A stretch of 21,184 nt of DNA. Origin: Candidatus Bathyarchaeota archaeon. GTDB lineage: Archaea > Thermoproteota > Bathyarchaeia > Bathyarchaeales > Bathyarchaeaceae. Location of the stretch: contig CAVOMX010000023.1 of assembly GCA_963697165.1 (NCBI GenBank), forward strand, positions 1 to 21,184, given 5' to 3'. This document shows positions 17,824 through 21,184 of the stretch, piece after piece. How positions within the stretch are numbered: position 1 is the first letter of the stretch; each line of letters begins with the position of its first letter. A program made the position numbers and the translations under genes. The notes under the pieces are model-generated. The model was given only the letters and a program-made list of their open reading frames with translations. It was not told where the DNA came from and searched no databases.

Positions 17824-18675
17824 CTAATTCCCAGAAAGTATCGCTCTTGTATTACCAATCATCGAATCAAGCTTTTCTCTGGAGATTCCAGTTTGGCGTG
17901 TAAGCTCTGCGGGATGTCTCTCGATTAATTGTTTCAGCAGGAGTATCCCTTTTGATGTCAGTTTGTTTCTGGCCTCAACATTTAACCCTTTAAGGAAAGT
18001 TATGGGGTAAAGTTTCTTTTCTTCAATCATTGTTTGCAAGTCACGGTTTTGGGGTGAACTCCATCCGATATGTTTGATTCCCCTACAGTCTGCGTAGCGT
18101 TTGGCATGCTCCGACAGTTTGGTGTTGCAGACAATCAATACGTAATCTATTTTCAGACTATTCAACCCTAATTCGTGCCCCTCTGTCAGATCCTCGAATA
18201 CAGCTCGTGCAATGCGGGTTACATCGAGGCTTGTTGGAGTGTGATATTTGTAGTGGTGTTTAACTTCAACAATGTATGTTTCGCCGTTTTTTGTAGCGAC
18301 TCCATCGACTTCATGTTCTACGCATCTGCCGCGTATTATCTGGTTGGGGGTAATTTCGTAGCCGTGTTCGCTCAATAAAAGCTGAATGAACCGCTCAAAG
18401 TCAGGCGCTGGACTCAGCAGACTCAGAGCCTTTCGCAGGTCAATCTGATACCCGATTATGGGCTTATACTTTTTTAAAAGCCTGAATATCATCTGGAGGA
18501 TTTTTTTTGTCGCTATACTAACGTATACCCTATTTTCGATCTCGTCTGCAATTAACTCGGCGACGACTCTGGTTGCGCCCATCCGAAGGCAAGTTCTCAC
18601 TATCTTCTCTCTGGTGAATGGCTGTTTTGTTCCGTCCGCTTTAGTAACTAAAACAGTCAAAGTGATCATCCGCAT
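17824..18675 (-). CDS. ATP-cone + Mrr-like PD-(D/E)xK restriction-endonuclease domain protein
   Basis: N-terminal VTKADGTKQPFTREKI (ATP cone). FERFI..L...GY, HEVDG, YIVEVKHH and CNTKLS..A..YA (Mrr-type nuclease). C-terminal YPITFLKGL...GI helical/HhH-like tail. The true start may be 18669 or 18660. Confidence 0.85.
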   Translation of the reverse strand: MRMITLTVLVTKADGTKQPFTREKIVRTCLRMGATRVVAELIADEIENRVYVSIATKKILQMIFRLLKKYKPIIGYQIDLRKALSLLSPAPDFERFIQLLLSEHGYEITPNQIIRGRCVEHEVDGVATKNGETYIVEVKHHYKYHTPTSLDVTRIARAVFEDLTEGHELGLNSLKIDYVLIVCNTKLSEHAKRYADCRGIKHIGWSSPQNRDLQTMIEEKKLYPITFLKGLNVEARNKLTSKGILLLKQLIERHPAELTRQTGISREKLDSMIGNTRAILSGN

Positions 18676-18790
18676 GTTTATAACGGGGTTATTTGCTAAA
18701 AAGATAACTATATCTCCTATAGAAAGTGCATTGTTCGGGAAACGTAAATAAGCAATAATTATCTTTGAGAAATAGCAAGATCAGAACAAG

Positions 18791-18860
18791 TGGTCAGGAT
18801 GAGGAAATTCTGCTCCATAGTGGAGATATCACCCGACAATTAATCCCGCAACTTCCAACC
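18791..18860 (-). pseudogene. Degenerate tRNA 3' fragment with a hairpin insertion at the T-loop (possible att scar)
   Basis: Minus strand reads GGAAGTTGCGGGATTAA-[TTGTCGGGTGATATCTCCACTATGGAGCAGA]-ATTTCCTCATCCTGACCA. It is a GC-richer island in AT-rich DNA, ends in ACCA, and contains a CTCCA/TGGAG hairpin. No 5' half is present. Confidence 0.4.
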
Positions 18861-19274
18861 TTTTTTAAGTAGAAATTAACTAAACACTAATCAAGAACCT
18901 TTTTTATTAGCGTGAAAGCTTCCAAATACTTGGTGTTTAATTTTCGGGATAAAACACTAAACTCTAAAGCATTGACTTCAAATACTAAATTGATTTCTGG
19001 ATTATGGCCCAAGTTTCTATAACGTTTCTACAATTTTGAAAGGATAGAATATTTTTTCTGCTTAAACTAAAAAAGTTGGTGTTTTTGTACCGGCGTACGC
19101 CCACATTTATGTTAATCTCAATATGCTGAGTTATCAAAAATATGCTTATTCTTTAATATTCTCATTACATTAAAATGTGCAAATATATTGCAGAACATAT
19201 ACTAGAAATATCGTTGAATCGTAATAATTCTATTATTTTCTGCGCACACCATCCTATTTTTCAAGGGTATCTAA

Positions 19275-19625
19275 TTGCAGGTTAATGTAGATTTAGTTAA
19301 ATCCAAGATTATTTACAAGATGCTTATGGTTTTGCTTGGCATCTTCACTTTGCTTGATATTATTATTACCCGTATAGGTCTAAGCCTTGGATGCGTGGAA
19401 CTTAATGAATTCGTCAACAATTTAGGACTAGACGTCTGGTCCATCTTTAGACTATTCTTATTATTCTATTTATTAGCAGTGTACTTCGCTGGCTACCAAA
19501 TATTTCAATTCCGCTCAGCTAAGGTATTGCGGATGTTAAAAAATAGTTTGTATGCTATAGACATTTTCATAGGAGCAATAGTATTCTCAGGAATCTTTCA
19601 CGTCATATCAAGACTGCCCGTTTAG
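19275..19625 (+). CDS. DUF5658-like small membrane protein
   Basis: LD...T..GL..G..ELN pattern plus 3 hydrophobic helices; start uncertain. Confidence 0.65.
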   Translation: MQVNVDLVKSKIIYKMLMVLLGIFTLLDIIITRIGLSLGCVELNEFVNNLGLDVWSIFRLFLLFYLLAVYFAGYQIFQFRSAKVLRMLKNSLYAIDIFIGAIVFSGIFHVISRLPV

Positions 19626-19747
19626 ACAAAACCAAATCGCGCTATAAAAAATAGCTAGTTAAGTGTCTCGAGTAAAAGCATGAGACTTCACGCTAGAACG
19701 CTTTAAATGACACACCTTAAATCTTGATGTTTAACGGGGGTTAATAA

Positions 19748-20362
19748 TTGGTTGATGTTAAAGATTCCATTCGCATCGAAAATGTTGTGGCGTCTGTAAC
19801 CTTAAATCAAAGGTTTGACTTGAATGCGATTGTTAAGGGGAATCCTGGAGTTGAATATAATCCAAAACGGTTTCCAGGTCTAGTTTTCAGATTAAAAAAG
19901 CCTAAGACAGCCATCCTAATCTTCACCACGGGGAAGATGGTTTGCACTGGAGCCAAGTCGGAGAATGAATCAAAAAAAGCTGTTCTGAAAGTCGTAAGAG
20001 AACTTAAGAAAAGCGGAATAATAATCACTGGCAAACCCGAAATCAAAGTAGTGAACATGGTTGCCTCAGCGGATCTTTCGGGGAGAATAGAGCTGGAAGA
20101 TTGCGCCTACTCTCTAGGAAAAACCATGTATGAACCTGAACAGTTTCCTGGTCTCATCTACAGACTGGACGAGCCAAAAGTTGTGATTCTGATTTTTGCT
20201 AGCGGGAAACTTGTTTGCACAGGAGCCACAAAAGAAGAAGACGTCTACAAAGCGGTCGCTAAACTCCACGAAGACCTCGAGGAAAAAGAACTGATATACG
20301 TAAAAGCTAGAGACTTCACCCTCCAAAAAATCCCGCAAAATCCTCTTTTTCATAAGGGTTAA
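19748..20362 (+). CDS. tbp: TATA-box-binding protein
   Basis: Two TBP repeats: IENVVAS..YNPKRFPGLVFR..IFTTGKMVCTGAKS and VVNMVAS..YEPEQFPGLIYR..IFASGKLVCTGA. Confidence 0.97.
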   Translation: MVDVKDSIRIENVVASVTLNQRFDLNAIVKGNPGVEYNPKRFPGLVFRLKKPKTAILIFTTGKMVCTGAKSENESKKAVLKVVRELKKSGIIITGKPEIKVVNMVASADLSGRIELEDCAYSLGKTMYEPEQFPGLIYRLDEPKVVILIFASGKLVCTGATKEEDVYKAVAKLHEDLEEKELIYVKARDFTLQKIPQNPLFHKG

Positions 20363-20515
20363 GTTTTAGCCCCAAATCCAAACACTTGTCTGACTGCGGA
20401 CAGACTCTCCCAATGTAAACAAAATCAAATTCATCATAGGAAAAATGTTAATCATTTAGTATAAAAAAGAAAAAGGTGTGTTGGTTATTATTTTGGTGGT
20501 TTAGATTATAGGGCC

Positions 20516-21117
20516 TTAGTCTACTCTTTTTTCTATTTGGAAGAGTGCTACTGTAGCTAGTATAAATCCAATCCAAATTATTAGTAACCCTATGACAGGT
20601 ATAACTGCACCTATAAGCACTAGTATCCCAGCGGTACCAAACAAACCGATTCCAGACTTTGTTGATAATTGATTCATTGACTTTCTAAGGAAATACATTG
20701 AAACGATCATGACAACATAGAAAATTATTAGACCAATAAATAATGCACCTAACAGAGACAATATTGCACTAAAGTCAAAATCTGTAAAAACAGTTCCTAC
20801 ATCAGTTCCAACATTGCCCCAATCTTCTATATTGGACCAATCGATGCCAAGATCAGCCAAAGCCGAAACAGCTGAAGTTGCTATAACTCCTACGCCTACT
20901 ACAAATCCACCTATAGCAATAGTACAGAATAAAGCCCATTGTTGAATATTCCCTCTTCTTTGTAGAAATTTGCAAGCCCCTTTAATCCAATAAGCAGCAG
21001 AATTAGACCGATTATTGACACAATACCTGAAAAAGACACTGCGAAACCCGAGATGGCACCAATAACTATCAATAAAGCTCCGACAGCGCTAAGATTTTTA
21101 CTTGATTCAAACGTCAT
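20516..21117 (-). CDS. DUF996-family membrane protein; one frameshift near 20915-20925
   Basis: MTFESSK.L..VGALL...IIGLILLLIGLKGLA.FY.E.GIFNN and C-terminal F.TAG.L..IGA....IG.LI.WI..IL...A.F. Adding one base joins ORFs 20911-21117 and 20516-20860. Confidence 0.75.
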
Positions 21118-21184
21118 TTTCTATTACCTTGATAGGCAATTATCATGCGATTTAAATAAAAAGTTTTGTATCTGCATTGGATTA

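Noticed and set aside
18861..19274. AT-rich stretch as a replication origin or CRISPR leader
   Set aside because: No ORB-like repeats, no cdc6/orc1 gene, and no repeat-spacer array seen anywhere in the window.
249..20353. Antisense and alternate-frame ORFs in the track (e.g. 249-530, 1065-1313, 9482-10069, 11345-11896, 12994-13404, 14317-14682, 16837-17217, 20114-20353)
   Set aside because: They overlap well-supported genes and show no recognisable motifs; they are shadow ORFs.

Overview
This is an archaeal chromosomal window, judged from uS12/uS7/aEF-1alpha, TBP, TATA-box promoters and a long archaeal-type ArgRS. The gene set suggests a TACK lineage such as Bathyarchaeia (inference). Left to right: a 5'-truncated tyrosine integrase followed by a tRNA-3'-end-like putative att core; argS and a TraX-family gene, both broken by several single-base indels; a GT39/PMT-type protein O-mannosyltransferase with a GT2 Dol-P-sugar synthase, divergent from a membrane-anchored secreted protein; a metallophosphoesterase, a divergent GlpX and MoaE; a K+-independent membrane PPase with atypical ion-gate residues, beside stand-alone CBS and Lrp-RAM proteins; an isolated rpsL-rpsG-tuf cluster; a small Cys/His protein and an ATP-cone/PD-(D/E)xK nuclease; an AT-rich spacer holding a degenerate, possibly intron-containing tRNA 3' fragment; then DUF5658-like, TBP and DUF996-like genes. 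Most frameshifts look like long-read indel errors. The strongest candidates for undescribed biology are the O-glycosylation module, the ATP-cone nuclease, the altered mPPase with its neighbours, and the two tRNA-derived scars that may bound integrated elements. All calls are by eye, without database searches.
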